In this document: piece by piece, positions 12,965-26,600 of the stretch
How the letters are laid out: each line of letters opens with the position of its first letter
Numbering within the stretch: the stretch's first letter is position 1
Assembly (NCBI GenBank): GCA_951406725.2
Contig: OX597830.1
Location: forward strand, 33,790,001 to 33,854,000
Direction: 5' to 3'
DNA: 64,000 nt
DNA from: Octopus vulgaris
Lineage: Eukaryota
Notes under the pieces: model-generated
The model's database searches: none
The model's input: the letters and a program-made list of their open reading frames with translations, nothing else
Told to the model about the DNA's origin: nothing
Program-made: the position numbers and the translations under genes

Positions 12965-13020
12965 TCAGGTAGTGAGAAAGATAAGTAGTATCAGGGGAAA
13001 AGCTGGCAAAGTATGCAGAT
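12965..13020 (-). CDS. Candidate terminal exon (phase 1), hydrophobic tail
   Basis: tattatatgtcaccag|AT CTG CAT...; LHTLPAFPLILLIFLTT*. Another frame is also open. Confidence 0.2.
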
Positions 13021-13382
13021 CTGGTGACATATAATAATAGCAGTATTTTAGAGAGATGATTGTGGGTGGGGACATATTCTGGTGGAGACTGGGCAAGGGG
13101 CCCAATTGACCATATATGGAAAACATACATACGCATATATGTGCGAATGAAAATACATATATGTATGTATGAATATATATATATATGTGTGTGTGTATAT
13201 ATGTATATATATATTCATATATATGCATGTGTGTATATATGTATGAATATACATATATGTATGTATGAATATATATATCCATATATATACATATATACAT
13301 ATCCATATATACATATGCATATATGTATATAAATATATGCAATATATGTGTCTATATATATGTGTGTATACATATGTGCATG

Positions 13383-13575
13383 TGTCATCTTCATCATTTA
13401 ACGTCTGTTTTCCATTTTGGCATGGGTTAGATGGTTTGACAGGAACTGGCAAACCAGAGGACTGTACCAAAATCAGCTGTCAATTTTGGCATGGTTTCTA
13501 TGGCTGGATTCCCTTCCTAATGCCAACCACTTTACAGGATGGACTGGGGACATTTTACCTGGCACTAGCTGCAGA
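13383..13575 (-). mobile_element. RTE-like LINE/SINE 3' end with (GAT)n tail (family D)
   Basis: catcatttaacgtctgttttcca...ggctggattcccttcctaatgccaaccactttacag; many copies in the window. Confidence 0.7.
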
Positions 13576-13679
13576 AAGGTCATTGAACAGCTTACCAAAC
13601 ATGGCCTCTCAGCTGAGTGAGGATGAAGAAGTACTGAGAGGAGGAATTAAGTCTTGCAGAAATATATGTATATATTTAT

Positions 13680-13908
13680 TTTTTTATCTCCCAAATATGG
13701 CTAAGCATAGAGAGGACAAACAAGGACAGACAAAGGGATTAAGTCGATTACATTGACCCCAGTGCGTAACTTGTACTTATTTAATCAACCCCGAAAGAAC
13801 GAAAGGCAAAGTCAACCTTGGCGGAATTTGAACTCAGAATGTAACGGCAGATGAAATACTGCTAAGCATTTTGCCCGGTGTGCTAATGATTTTGCCAGCT
13901 CACCACCC
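13680..13908 (-). mobile_element. SINE family B
   Basis: ggacaaacaaggacagacaaagggattaagtcgattacattgaccccagtgcgtaac...gaaaggcaaagtcaaccttggcggaatttgaactcag. Confidence 0.8.
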
Positions 13909-13924
13909 TATTCTTTACATACAT

Positions 13925-14530
13925 ATAGGTCTGGCTGTGAGGTAAGGAGCTTGCTTCCCAGCCACATGGTTCAGGGTTCAGTTGCATTGCATGGCACCTT
14001 CTACTATAGCTTCAGGTCAACCAAAGCCTTGTGAGTGGATTTGGTAGATGGAAACTGAAAGAAGCCCATTGTATGTATGTATACATATGCATATATATCT
14101 ATGCATGTCTGTCTTTCTGTCTGTGTTTGTCTTCCTACCATCGCTTGACAACCAATATCAGTGTGTTTACGTCCCTGTAACTTAGCAGTTTGACAAAAGC
14201 GACCAATAGGCACAGGTGTAGCTGTGTGGTAAGTAGCTTGCTTAGCAACCACATGGTTCCGGGTTCAGCACCACTGCATGGCATCTTGGGCAAGTGTCTT
14301 CTACCATAGCCTCGGGCTGACCGAAGCCTTGTGAGTGGATTTGGTAGATGGAAACTGAAAGTAGCCTGTCGTATATTTGTATATATATGTATGTGTGTAA
14401 GTTTGTGTGTCTGTGTTTGTCTCCCTAGCATTGCTTGACAACCGATGCTGGTGTGTTTATGTCCCAGTAACCTAGCAGTTTGGCAAAAGAGACCAATAGA
14501 TTAAGTACTAGGCTTGCAAAGAATAAGACC
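13925..14530 (+). mobile_element. Two tandem SINE family A copies (13925-14205, 14208-14530)
   Basis: Head gctgtgtggtaag...ccacatggttccgggttcag and body occur twice. Confidence 0.8.
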
Positions 14531-14544
14531 TAGCACTCAGTTGC

Positions 14545-14853
14545 TTACAACAATGTGAGTTCCAGTTGATCCAATCAACGGAACAGTGAGCTCGTGAGAT
14601 TAATACTCAAGTGGCTGAGCACTCCGCTGACATGTATACCCCTCTTTACATATTTCTCAGGGAGATTCAACATGACACAAAGTATGACAAGGCTGGCCCC
14701 TTGAAATTCAGGTACTACTAATTTATGCTAGCTGAGTGGACTGGAGCAGTGTGAAATAAAGTGTCTTGCTCAAGGACACAATGCGTCACTGCGAATTGAA
14801 CTCATGACCTTGTGATCGTGAACTGAATACCCTATCCACTAAGCCACATACCT
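14545..14853 (-). mobile_element. SINE family C (head type 2, tail type 2)
   Basis: Reverse complement of ...cttagtggatagggtattc...ccttgagcaagacactttatttcac...ccagtccactcagct... joined to the 7476-type tail. Confidence 0.7.
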
Positions 14854-15051
14854 TATATGCATACACACACACATACATATACATACATACATATATATAT
14901 ATATACATATATATATGACCTCGAACACACAAGTGCAAACAAGGGAGTCAGAGAAAGGCAGAATGCTACTTATATCTGAACACTACTACAGAAATATTCT
15001 TTTAAAAAAACTTTTCTTCTAATTTTTCTAAATTTAATTATTTAATCGTTA

Positions 15052-15089
15052 CAGTTGAAAAGGTCTCAAAATGACCGAAACCGGTACTG
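15052..15089 (+). ncRNA. Degenerate minimal hammerhead motif (second PLE-like family, element ~14918-15125)
   Basis: CAG-TTGAAAA-GGTC(tcaaaat)GACC-GAAA-CCGGTA-CTG: stems I and II and palindromic stem III are intact; the CUGANGA box has two substitutions. Confidence 0.45.
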
Positions 15090-15408
15090 AAAGATTCACT
15101 ATAAAATTATCTTAGCATTTTCTATTTTTGACTTGTTTTTTCATACATATATATATATACACATCTATATATATATACATACATACAGACACACACATAC
15201 ACACACACACACATATATATACATGCACACACTTACACAACATAATATGTAAAGGAAATAACTTGCTTGGAAACAGGTGAGAATTGGCAACAGGAAAGGC
15301 ATTCAGCTGTAGGAAGTATGCCTCAGAAAGTTTCACCTGATCCTTGTAAACATGGAAAAATGTGCATTAAAATGATGATGGTGAGGTTGATGATGATACA
15401 TGTATATC

Positions 15409-15488
<80 letters not shown>

Positions 15489-15534
15489 GAGATGATAGAT
15501 AGATAGATAATTAGACAGATAGATAGATAGATAT

Positions 15535-15575
<41 letters not shown>

Positions 15576-15657
15576 CAGGTAGATAGATAGATAAATAAAT
15601 AGACAGGTAGATAGATATAGTTATATTTGTATCAATAGAAAGCATATACACACTTAC

Positions 15658-15731
15658 CTTACAAATATCCACGGTGCATACCAGACATTCATCAACACAC
15701 CTGCTCACATATGCATGTACACATACACGCA

Positions 15732-15772
<41 letters not shown>

Positions 15773-15865
15773 CACATTTACATACCCTGTACAGCTCAGT
15801 CTTTTACACCTTTTAATATCTGGCGGTGCTTGATAACCTTTAATGCAATAAGAGAACTTATAAAC
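15658..15865 (-). CDS. Candidate two-exon Cys-rich segment (15786-15865 and 15658-15700)
   Basis: cag|...GG|gtatgt, 85-nt intron, cag|G...AAG|gtaagt; spliced reading VYKFSYCIKGYQAPPDIKRCKRLSCTGCVDECLVCTVDICK. Confidence 0.25.
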
Positions 15866-15879
15866 CTGATAGGACGACT

Positions 15880-17800
<1,921 letters not shown>

Positions 17801-18342
17801 TCATAGTGAAGGCAAAAATTTGGTATTGTATGTGTGGAAGAAAGCAGTGTATGTCAAATGTCATGGTTTCTGGGTCTGAGTTTGCTGGATAGGGTAATTA
17901 TGGTGGCGTATGAAAGGTATATCAATAGTAAGACGATGAGGTGTAGGTTAAACCTCCTCACTCACACACACACACAAATAATGACACACATGTGTGTCTG
18001 TGTATACATACATGTAAGCATATGTATATAAATATACAAGGATTTAATAAAACTAGTCTATAAATTAAAACTGACGCCATATAAAAGTGACAAGCAAAAT
18101 CTGTAACAAGGCATTCTTGCTGATAACTTAGTAGTTTCTAAGTGGAAGGAAGGGCAACAATGCTCTTTGTCTATCTCCTTAACTTCTTGGAGATTTTCGG
18201 TAAAATTATACTAATGTGTCCATCTGTTTTAATTTAATTAAATTCTATGTCTTTGTGCAGCTGAGGATTGCTCTGCATTTAAATTGATGTAATAATTACA
18301 TTATTCAATTAAAATGGAGTTGCCTGAAACGATCACACTGCA

Positions 18343-18458
18343 TTACCTCTGGATATCCTTGTTGCTTATTTTGATTCTAATCACCTTATTTTGGAATTTT
18401 ATGAATAATACCATACTAAATTCTGGTGCCTCAACATAAGTGCCATATTCATTTGAAT
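18343..18458 (-). CDS. Candidate exon (phase 1)
   Basis: aaaactttag|AT TCA AAT...; [37 protein letters not shown]; the stop overlaps a donor-like AG|gtaatg. Confidence 0.25.
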
Positions 18459-18483
18459 CTAAAGTTTTGCTGAATTCATATAT

Positions 18484-18535
<52 letters not shown>

Positions 18536-18538
18536 TAC

Positions 18539-18611
<73 letters not shown>

Positions 18612-19166
18612 CCTACATATATATATATATATATATATATATACCTACCTATATATATATATATAACCCTATAAACTGGCCTTCACCAATAATAAATATA
18701 GACTGCTCTACTTCTTACAGTGTGCTTCTACTTCAAATATATGTTTTTACAAAAATCACCACCACCATTACCACTAACACCATCACCAACACCACCACCA
18801 ACATGTCCACCACCACCACCACAATCTACCCTCTCCCATCACTACCACTACAACCACCACTATCTCCACGACTCTTTACAAAGCCTCTTAAAATTTTAGG
18901 AGGAAGATATCGTGAAGCCAAAAACCTGGCCTGAAATCCTTACAGTGAAGGCATCAAAGGAACAGTTGGCATTTCAGATTAAATAGAGGATTAAGTTTAC
19001 CACTCATCATTATTATCCCTCACTTACCAAAACAATCTTACCGATTTCATGTGATTATGTTGATTCTTATTTCATCCTCGCCTCTTTAACTCACCTTTTG
19101 GACATAATACCCCATACATGCAAACGAACTACTTTTAAGGTAGTGAGAACTCATCAGGCAACCTCA

Positions 19167-19865
19167 AGTCTGGATTAAGACCCATTGAGGCCCTAAGCAT
19201 TTAAAAGATTTTGGCAACCGCATAAAAGATTATGTAATTCAAAATATAAACAATAACAAACAATAAAATAATTTGTTATTTTTCAAAACGAAACAAAACA
19301 GTAAGAGAGAAAATAATGTTTATTTTTGCATTCTTCTACTTTATTTAATTTTGAAAAGTTTCCTCCAACTTTTTAAAATTCGTCCTATGTCTTCCTGCGT
19401 CTTCCCTTTCTATAGTTCCTTCCACTAGAGATCGGCACTCAAAATAGGAACCTTCTTAGATTGTGCCGCCTTGTCCTACCCCTGCCAAATATAAATGAAC
19501 ACACTATCTCTCTCACACACACACACTATCTCTCTCTCTCTCACACACACACTATCTCTCTCTGTCTCACACACACACACACATTTTCTCTTTCTCATAC
19601 ACACATATTCTTTCTCTCTTTCTCACACACACACATTCTCTCTCTCTCTCTCTCTCATGCACACATTCCCTCTCGCACACACATACATTCTCTCTCTCAC
19701 ACTCACACACTTTCGCTCTCTCTCTCACACACACACATTCTCTTTCTCTTTCTGTCTCACACACACACACACGGTCATAGGTATCATTAACAGTAGAGAT
19801 ATAACTGGCACCACCCACTAAAGTAGAGTGGAGTGCCTCCAAAGTGGTAAGCACCATAGTGCATG
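19167..19865 (+). mobile_element. Possible degenerate non-autonomous DNA transposon with internal (CT)/(CA) tract
   Basis: Starts agtctggattaagacccattgaggccctaagca, a MITE-like GC-rich terminus; the matching right end is not clearly seen. Confidence 0.3.
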
Positions 19866-19903
19866 AGACGAAGAATGGGATATTTATTATAACAATGATA
19901 ATA

Positions 19904-20125
19904 TTGATATTTCTGATAACACAATTTTTGGACTTCCATTTGATATCACAACTGTTGGTGATACCTTGATAAACTGCTGTTGGCGATATTCTTCATAGCA
20001 CTAATTATTAGTGATATTTTAGATAACACTACTTTTATATTGCTCTTTGATAGCACCATTGTTGGTGATGTCTTTGATAACCCAACTTTTTGTGATATCC
20101 TTGATATCAACCTATAGCAATGCTA
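19904..20125. repeat. Degenerate ~27-bp minisatellite
   Basis: Recurring unit approximating gatatctttgatagcaccattgttggt. Confidence 0.6.
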
Positions 20126-20240
20126 TCAAAGATATTACCAAGAGACATTATTATTACAATAATCTGCCATAGTTCATTATGGTGCTTGCTACTCTGTCAG
20201 TGTGGAAGATGTCTATCAAGAAACAGGAGTCTTCCTCAAT

Positions 20241-20323
20241 CTACTGCCTTGAAATTAAATAAAAAAACAAAAACAATGAAGCAAAAAGCTTCATGGCATT
20301 ATAGCTAACACTACAAACATAAC
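20241..20323 (-). CDS. Candidate terminal exon (phase 1), hydrophobic tail
   Basis: gacaattcag|GT TAT GTT...; YVCSVSYNAMKLFASLFLFFYLISRQ*. Poor pyrimidine tract. Confidence 0.18.
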
Positions 20324-20338
20324 CTGAATTGTCTGTGC

Positions 20339-20387
<49 letters not shown>

Positions 20388-20582
20388 TCAAAGGGTGTCA
20401 AGGGAATATTTGTCGAAAAAAAAATTCGAGATTTAATTTGGAGTCAAATAAATCATTTTTTTTGTCATTTTCTCATACTTCGCACAGTGTCAACTTGGGA
20501 TTGTTTGAAATGGAGAACAATGCTAATTTGGGGGTGAAAAACCCCCCCAAAAAAAACAACCCAAAACAAACAAACAAAACTA

Positions 20583-20650
<68 letters not shown>

Positions 20651-21080
20651 TGGTGAAGAAGAAAACAACAATAATAATAATTATGGTAATAAATACAGAC
20701 TAGAAGAGAAATTTTTAAAATTAGGACACACGCATTTATGAAATCATAGTACACCAATATAGACACATACATACACAAACACATACACACACACACACGC
20801 ATATATATATATATATACATAGGCACACAAACACATAACTACATTATATGAAGGAGACTGATACAGAAATATATAAAAAAAAACAGAAGTATTGAGACAA
20901 AGAACACCCACAAAAACTCACTCTTTTTCTGTCTCCATCTTGAACACATGTACCGAAGCATGAAGTATTATACCCCCTCCCAAAGACATGTACATATAAA
21001 CTATATTCTTGAAATATGATAATGAAAAAACGCAAGGCCGGAACATTTATAAAAAAGAAAAAGGCAAATGAATTAGAACA

Positions 21081-21162
<82 letters not shown>

Positions 21163-22099
21163 ATGCATGTATATGTGCGTGTATATATACATATATAAAT
21201 ATATATATATACATATATATATATATATGTATATATATGTATACATATGTATATATATTTATATATATGTATATGTATATATTTATATATATATGTATAT
21301 ACATATGTACACACATATATTTACATATATATACACACACACATACACACTTTCGTTATATATATATATATATCATACAATGAAAAATAAGAATAAATAT
21401 GAAAATATGATAAAACTGCTAAACTAATCTAAATTCTTTTATTTACCATAATTATTATTTTTTTTATATATTTGTTTCTTATTAATCATATAAGGGCTTT
21501 TGTTGTTGTTGTTATTGTTGTTGTTGTTGTTGCAGTTGTTAAAGTATGAAATACAATAATGATTAGAACAGTAGAAAGTCAATGAGAAGGAACAATTTCC
21601 TACCCTTGTTCTATTTTAACCCAATCCATGTGCTCCTTTCTGCCCTACCCTTTAACCAAGGGGCTCATATCTATGCAGTGAAACATCTCAACTTCCTTAA
21701 TTATTTTTTTGTCACTCATACCATTAGACACTAATGAGTAAAACAGGAATGGAAAAACAAAAAGAAAATAAGTAAATAAAAATACAAATTCTTCATTTTT
21801 TTTTCTTATTATTTTTGTCTTTTTGAGAAGTTTCGCTTTTTAAATTGGCAAATTGTTTAGGAAATGTCATTGTTGATGAAATTAACCCCACCACCAACAC
21901 CATTACAATCACTACCCCTTAGTACTTAACTGGTATTTATTCTTTCAATTTTTCTATCCCTTAATGATGAAAGGTAAAGTTATACCCGTTGGGATTTGAA
22001 CATACTACATAAATATTGAAAAACATTTTGCTTCGCGCCTTACACATTCTACCATTTTGCCACCCTCAGAGTGGAAAATACAAGACAGAATGTTTTAGC

Positions 22100-22975
22100 T
22101 ATGTATGTATGTATGTATGTATGTATGTATGTATGTATGTATGTATGTATGTATGTATGTATGTATGTATGTATGTATGTATGTATGTATGTATGTATGT
22201 ATGTATGTATGTATGTATGCATGCATGTATGCATGCATGTATGTATGCATGCATGTATGTATGTATGTATGTATGTATGTATGTATGTATGTATGTGTGT
22301 ATGTGTGTATGCATGTATGTATGTATGTATGTATGTATGTATGTATGTATGCATGTATGTATGTATGTATGTATGTATGTATGTATGTATGTGTGTATGT
22401 GTGTATGCATGTATGCATGTATGTATGTATGTATGTATGTATGTATGTATGTATGTATGTATGTATGTATGTATGTATGTATGTATGTGTGTATGTATGT
22501 ATGTATGTATGTATGTATGTATGTATGTATGTGAGTCTGTGTGTGTGTGATAAGCACACAAACACACGTACATTTTTCAAATTTTCAGTTCAATTTATAT
22601 GATTATTTTTCTCTTCTAAATAGTTCTTGCTACTTGGCTTCTTCTGTTTTATATGCAAAGAGGCATGTTTGTTTGTGTGCGTGTGTGTGAGTGGGTGTGT
22701 ATGTGGGGGTGCATGTGTGGGGGATGCGTGTGTGTGTGGGGCTGCGTGTGTGTATGTGTGTGTGTGTGTGTGTGAGTGTTTGTTTGTGTGAGTGTGGGTG
22801 TATGTGCACGCACATGTGTGTGCATGTGTGTGCGTGTGTGTGCATGTGTGTGCGTGTGCGTGCATGTTTGTGTATGTGCACATGCGTGTGTGCATGCAAG
22901 TGCGTGTATGTGAGTGTTTATGTGTGTGTATATGTGTGCGCACATGCATGTGTGTGTGTGTGGCATGCATGCATT
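22100..22975. repeat. (TATG)n array (22100-22531) followed by degenerate (TG)n
   Basis: Direct inspection; source of the MYVC/HTYI ORFs. Confidence 0.97.
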
Positions 22976-23097
22976 TGCTCATACTATCATTTCAGTTACT
23001 TTCCACTTTCCTTAGTGTCCCTCTCCTTTCTCTCTTCTGCTCCACCTGACTCATTAGTAATCACCCTCCTTTCCTATCCACTCACATTACCTTAAAC

Positions 23098-23628
23098 CAG
23101 TGATTCTCAACCACTTTTTTTTTTTTTATCTACGGATCCCTTTGATTACTTTTTTATTCTGATAGATCCCCATTACGATTTGATGTTTACAAACTAGTTT
23201 TATAGACACTTCTTTCAAAATTTCTATGGGTGTAAACACACCCATGCCAGTGACACATAAAAAGCACCCAGCACACTCTGCTAAGTGATTGATGTTAAGA
23301 AGGGCATCCAGCCATAGAAACCATGTCACAGTCAGCTCCATGCCAAAATATCCAACTCATGCCAGCATGGAAAGCGGATGTTAAACGATGACGACGACGA
23401 CGACGATGATGATGTTCATCACACATTCTCTTGTGTATGTTGAACTCTATATAAAATGTCAAAGAAAGAAACATAACTGTTTTTTGCAACATATACAACT
23501 AAATCAAATTTTTTTATGGGCCCTTGATATACTACAGTGGATCTCCAATTTACTATTTTATGAGTGTGGACCCCAAAAACCTTGCATGGACCCCTAAGGA
23601 TCATACGGACCCTAGTTCAGAACAACTG
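23098..23628. mobile_element. hAT (Charlie-like) non-autonomous element with nested family D insertion (~23238-23416)
   Basis: TIRs CAGTGATTCTCAAC / reverse complement CAGTTGTTCTGAAC; flanking 8-mers CCTTAAAC (23090-23097) and CTTTAAAC (23629-23636). Confidence 0.75.
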
Positions 23629-23735
23629 CTTTAAACAAATATTGATAATGTAGAGCAGTGAAAAGCCATGCTCTTCATCTTGCAGGGTGAGCGCAAGGTG
23701 ACCTCACTAGTGTTGGTGCCTCATGAAATGTACCT

Positions 23736-23919
23736 ATCACAAAATCTGAACTGCTTGAGGAAAGTATAGAGACATTGTAATGAAAATTTGGGTCCATTTT
23801 GTTTTATTGATGACATGACAATCCATCTAGAGCCAGAATTACAATAAAATGCACATGGTGGTATTAGGAATGCCATCATACAGCAATAGAGACCATACCA
23901 ATCGAAAACATACAAACAC
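23736..23919 (-). other. Exon-like island (AG...GT); phase uncertain
   Basis: ggctttatgtcag|GTGTTTG... to GATAG|gtacat; phase 2 is open throughout; phase 1 gives VCMFSIGMVSIAV*. Confidence 0.2.
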
Positions 23920-24299
23920 CTGACATAAAGCCACAACCCTTCATCAAAAACCATCACACATTGTTAAAGGGGCACTTTTTCTTTACTTTTGGTTTTTCCT
24001 TTTTTTATTCCCCTTTTGTCTGGTAAGTCATTCAGTGCCCTCACTAATACCGATGGTGCAAAAAAGCATTCAGTGTGTACACTGTAAAGGGGCTATAGAA
24101 ACCATGCTAAAACTGATGTTGAACCTCAAAGCAGCTATGTGGTCCCCCAGATCCTGTCAGATCATTTCCTCTCATGCTAGGCTGGATGTTAAAGTATGAT
24201 GGTGATAACAATAAGGAAGCAAGACCAGTGGTGGTAATGAAGATGTTGTAGAGAGACAAGTGAAAAATTGAGACTGAAAATGTAAGAATATAAATGTAT

Positions 24300-24612
24300 A
24301 GCCAAGTGGTTAGAGTATTTGACTCACAATCGCAAGGTTGTGAGTTCAATACCTGGTAGAAAATTCTGTCCTTGAGCAAGACACTTTATTTCATGCACCT
24401 TCAGTCATCTCAGCTGGCAGAAATGAATAGTACCTGTATTTCAAAGAACCAGCTTTGTGGTATTCTGTATCATGCTGAATCTCCCCGAGAACTACGTTAC
24501 GGGTACACATGTCTGTGGAGTGCTCAGCTACCTACACTTTAATTTCAGAAGTAGGCTGTTCTATGGAACAATTCAACTGCAACCCTCATTGTCATAAGTG
24601 ATGGGGTGCTAC
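24300..24612 (+). mobile_element. SINE family C (head type 2, tail type 2)
   Basis: gtggttagagtatttgactc...gagttcaatacc...ccttgagcaagacactttatttc...tgtatttcaaag...gtgctcagc. Confidence 0.75.
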
Positions 24613-24840
24613 ACAAGTCATTGCACTCTGCAGATCCTGGAGTATGTGGAACCAGTGTATAAAACCAAACTGTATGGAAGGTATCACTTGTGATCTGAAG
24701 AGCATTAAAAGCAAAAGATATACGACTTGTTACTAATTTGAGTGTCCTAGAGACGTTCCATGAATTGCTAAGCTGAATGATGGCCAGTTTGTCCAATATA
24801 AAGACCATTGTAGAGAGGGCATCTGAGTCAATAACTAACC
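24545..24840 (-). CDS. Candidate terminal exon (phase 1)
   Basis: gtttgtacttccaacag|GG TTA GTT...; 97 sense codons LVIDSDALSTMVFILDKLAIIQLSNSWNVSRTLKLVTSR...; the last ~20 codons run into a SINE. Confidence 0.3.
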
Positions 24841-25129
24841 CTGTTGGAAGTACAAACACACACACACACAAAGGCACACACTTCTATGTTTATATATATG
24901 CACGTGTATATATGTGTGTATATGCATATATATACATAGATAGGATAGGATATATGTGTATATATATATATATATATGTGTATGTATGTACATGTGTGTA
25001 TTTAATACACAGGAATGCAATTATACAGCAAAAAATGTTGATTAGCAGAGCTACATGTTTTAAGATAACACCTGAAAAAAAGAAACATTGAAATTTGATA
25101 ATGAACTAATACAACTACTACTACTACTG

Positions 25130-25172
<43 letters not shown>

Positions 25173-25210
25173 CACCACCACTACTACTACCACTCTTAGT
25201 AATGATGATG

Positions 25211-25270
<60 letters not shown>

Positions 25271-25620
25271 GCAACAACAACAGCATTCCTTTGAATAGAA
25301 TTAAAGAAAAATTCAGAAAATAATGCGTAGTAGATGAAACTTACCATTCCAATAATCAGATCACAGGAAATCAGTATGGAGAAACATGTATAAAAAAAAA
25401 TGAAAAGGAAAAGAAAGAAAAAACGAAGCAAATCTTTGATATGACATGATGTAAATATATTTAATATCATGATTTGTCGTTATATCTTTATATATTAATG
25501 TTGATTAAATTTGGAGATGGTTATAAGAATCAAGCGTCTTGCTATACCTTTGCATTCTATATTTTATAGTGGTGTCTTTCTCACTACTCCACCTTCTTTC
25601 TATTCATTATTGTGTGTTTA

Positions 25621-25875
25621 GGTGGAGGCACGTGGCTTAGTGGTTAGGGTGTCAGCATCATGATTGTAAGATTGTGGTTTCGATTCCTGGACCGAGTGAT
25701 GCGTTGTGCTTTTGAGCAAAACATTTCATTTCATGTTGCTCCAGTCCACTCAGCTGGCAAAAATGAGTAACGCTGTGATGGACTGGCGTCCCATCCAGCT
25801 GGGGAACACATGCGCCATAGAAAATGGGAAACTGGGCCCATGAGCCTGGCTAGGCTTTAAAAGGGAGCATTTATT
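25621..25875 (+). mobile_element. SINE family C (head type 2, V-domain-like tail)
   Basis: ggaggcacgtggcttagtggttaggg...gtttcgattcc...ttgagcaaaac...gtgatggactggcgtcccatccag. Confidence 0.8.
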
Positions 25876-26162
25876 TATTTCTATATTGTGTTGTGACTGT
25901 TTATCTCTAGATGGGATTTTATTGAGTAGGCCTATTATGAAGGACATGCCAGCCTTGGCCATCCCATCTAATTTCCAAAACTAATATACTGTATGCAAAA
26001 GATGTACTTTGATGGAGATGTGACTGCTTTTTCTTGTATGAGGTAGTTAGAGCGTTAATGTAGAGGTTACCTTTTTGCTCCTTAGCATTTGAAGGGGTCA
26101 CAGGGGATCAGTGCATTGGACAGGTATTGATAAATAACGATATAGGCACATATATAGCTCAA

Positions 26163-26600
26163 GTACAGCCATGGCTGTGTGGATAAAAGGTATGCTTTGT
26201 AAGCATATGGTTCCAGGTTCAGTTCCACAGCACAGCACCTTGGACTAATGTCATTTACTATAGCTCTGATTCACCAAAGTGTTGTGCTGGAAGTGTATTT
26301 TGTAAAGGAAACTGAATGAAACCCATTGTGTGTGTGGGGGAGGGTGCTTGTGTACATGAGAGTGCATGTCTTCATGCGTTGACATTGTGCAATAGTTGTT
26401 AAAAAACATCACTGTCATAGAAAGCGATGATGATGATGTTCATTTGCAATCTTACATGAAAACATGCCGGGTCATGGGAAAATATTACCATGCTTGGAAA
26501 CGGGTGAAACTTGGCAACCGGGAGAGTACCTGACCATAGGAAATATGTCTCAACAAACTTTGTCTGATCCATGCAAGCATAAACAAACAGACGTTAAAAC
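26163..26600 (+). mobile_element. Diverged SINE A head with RTE-like tail
   Basis: ggctgtgtggat...catatggttccaggttcag...cttggaaacgggtga...catgcaagcat...acgttaaa. Confidence 0.55.

Noticed and set aside
12997-13023. EKLAKYADL, resembling the REL endonuclease KxxKYxxL motif
   Set aside because: No upstream PD..D motif or RT similarity visible in the flanks.
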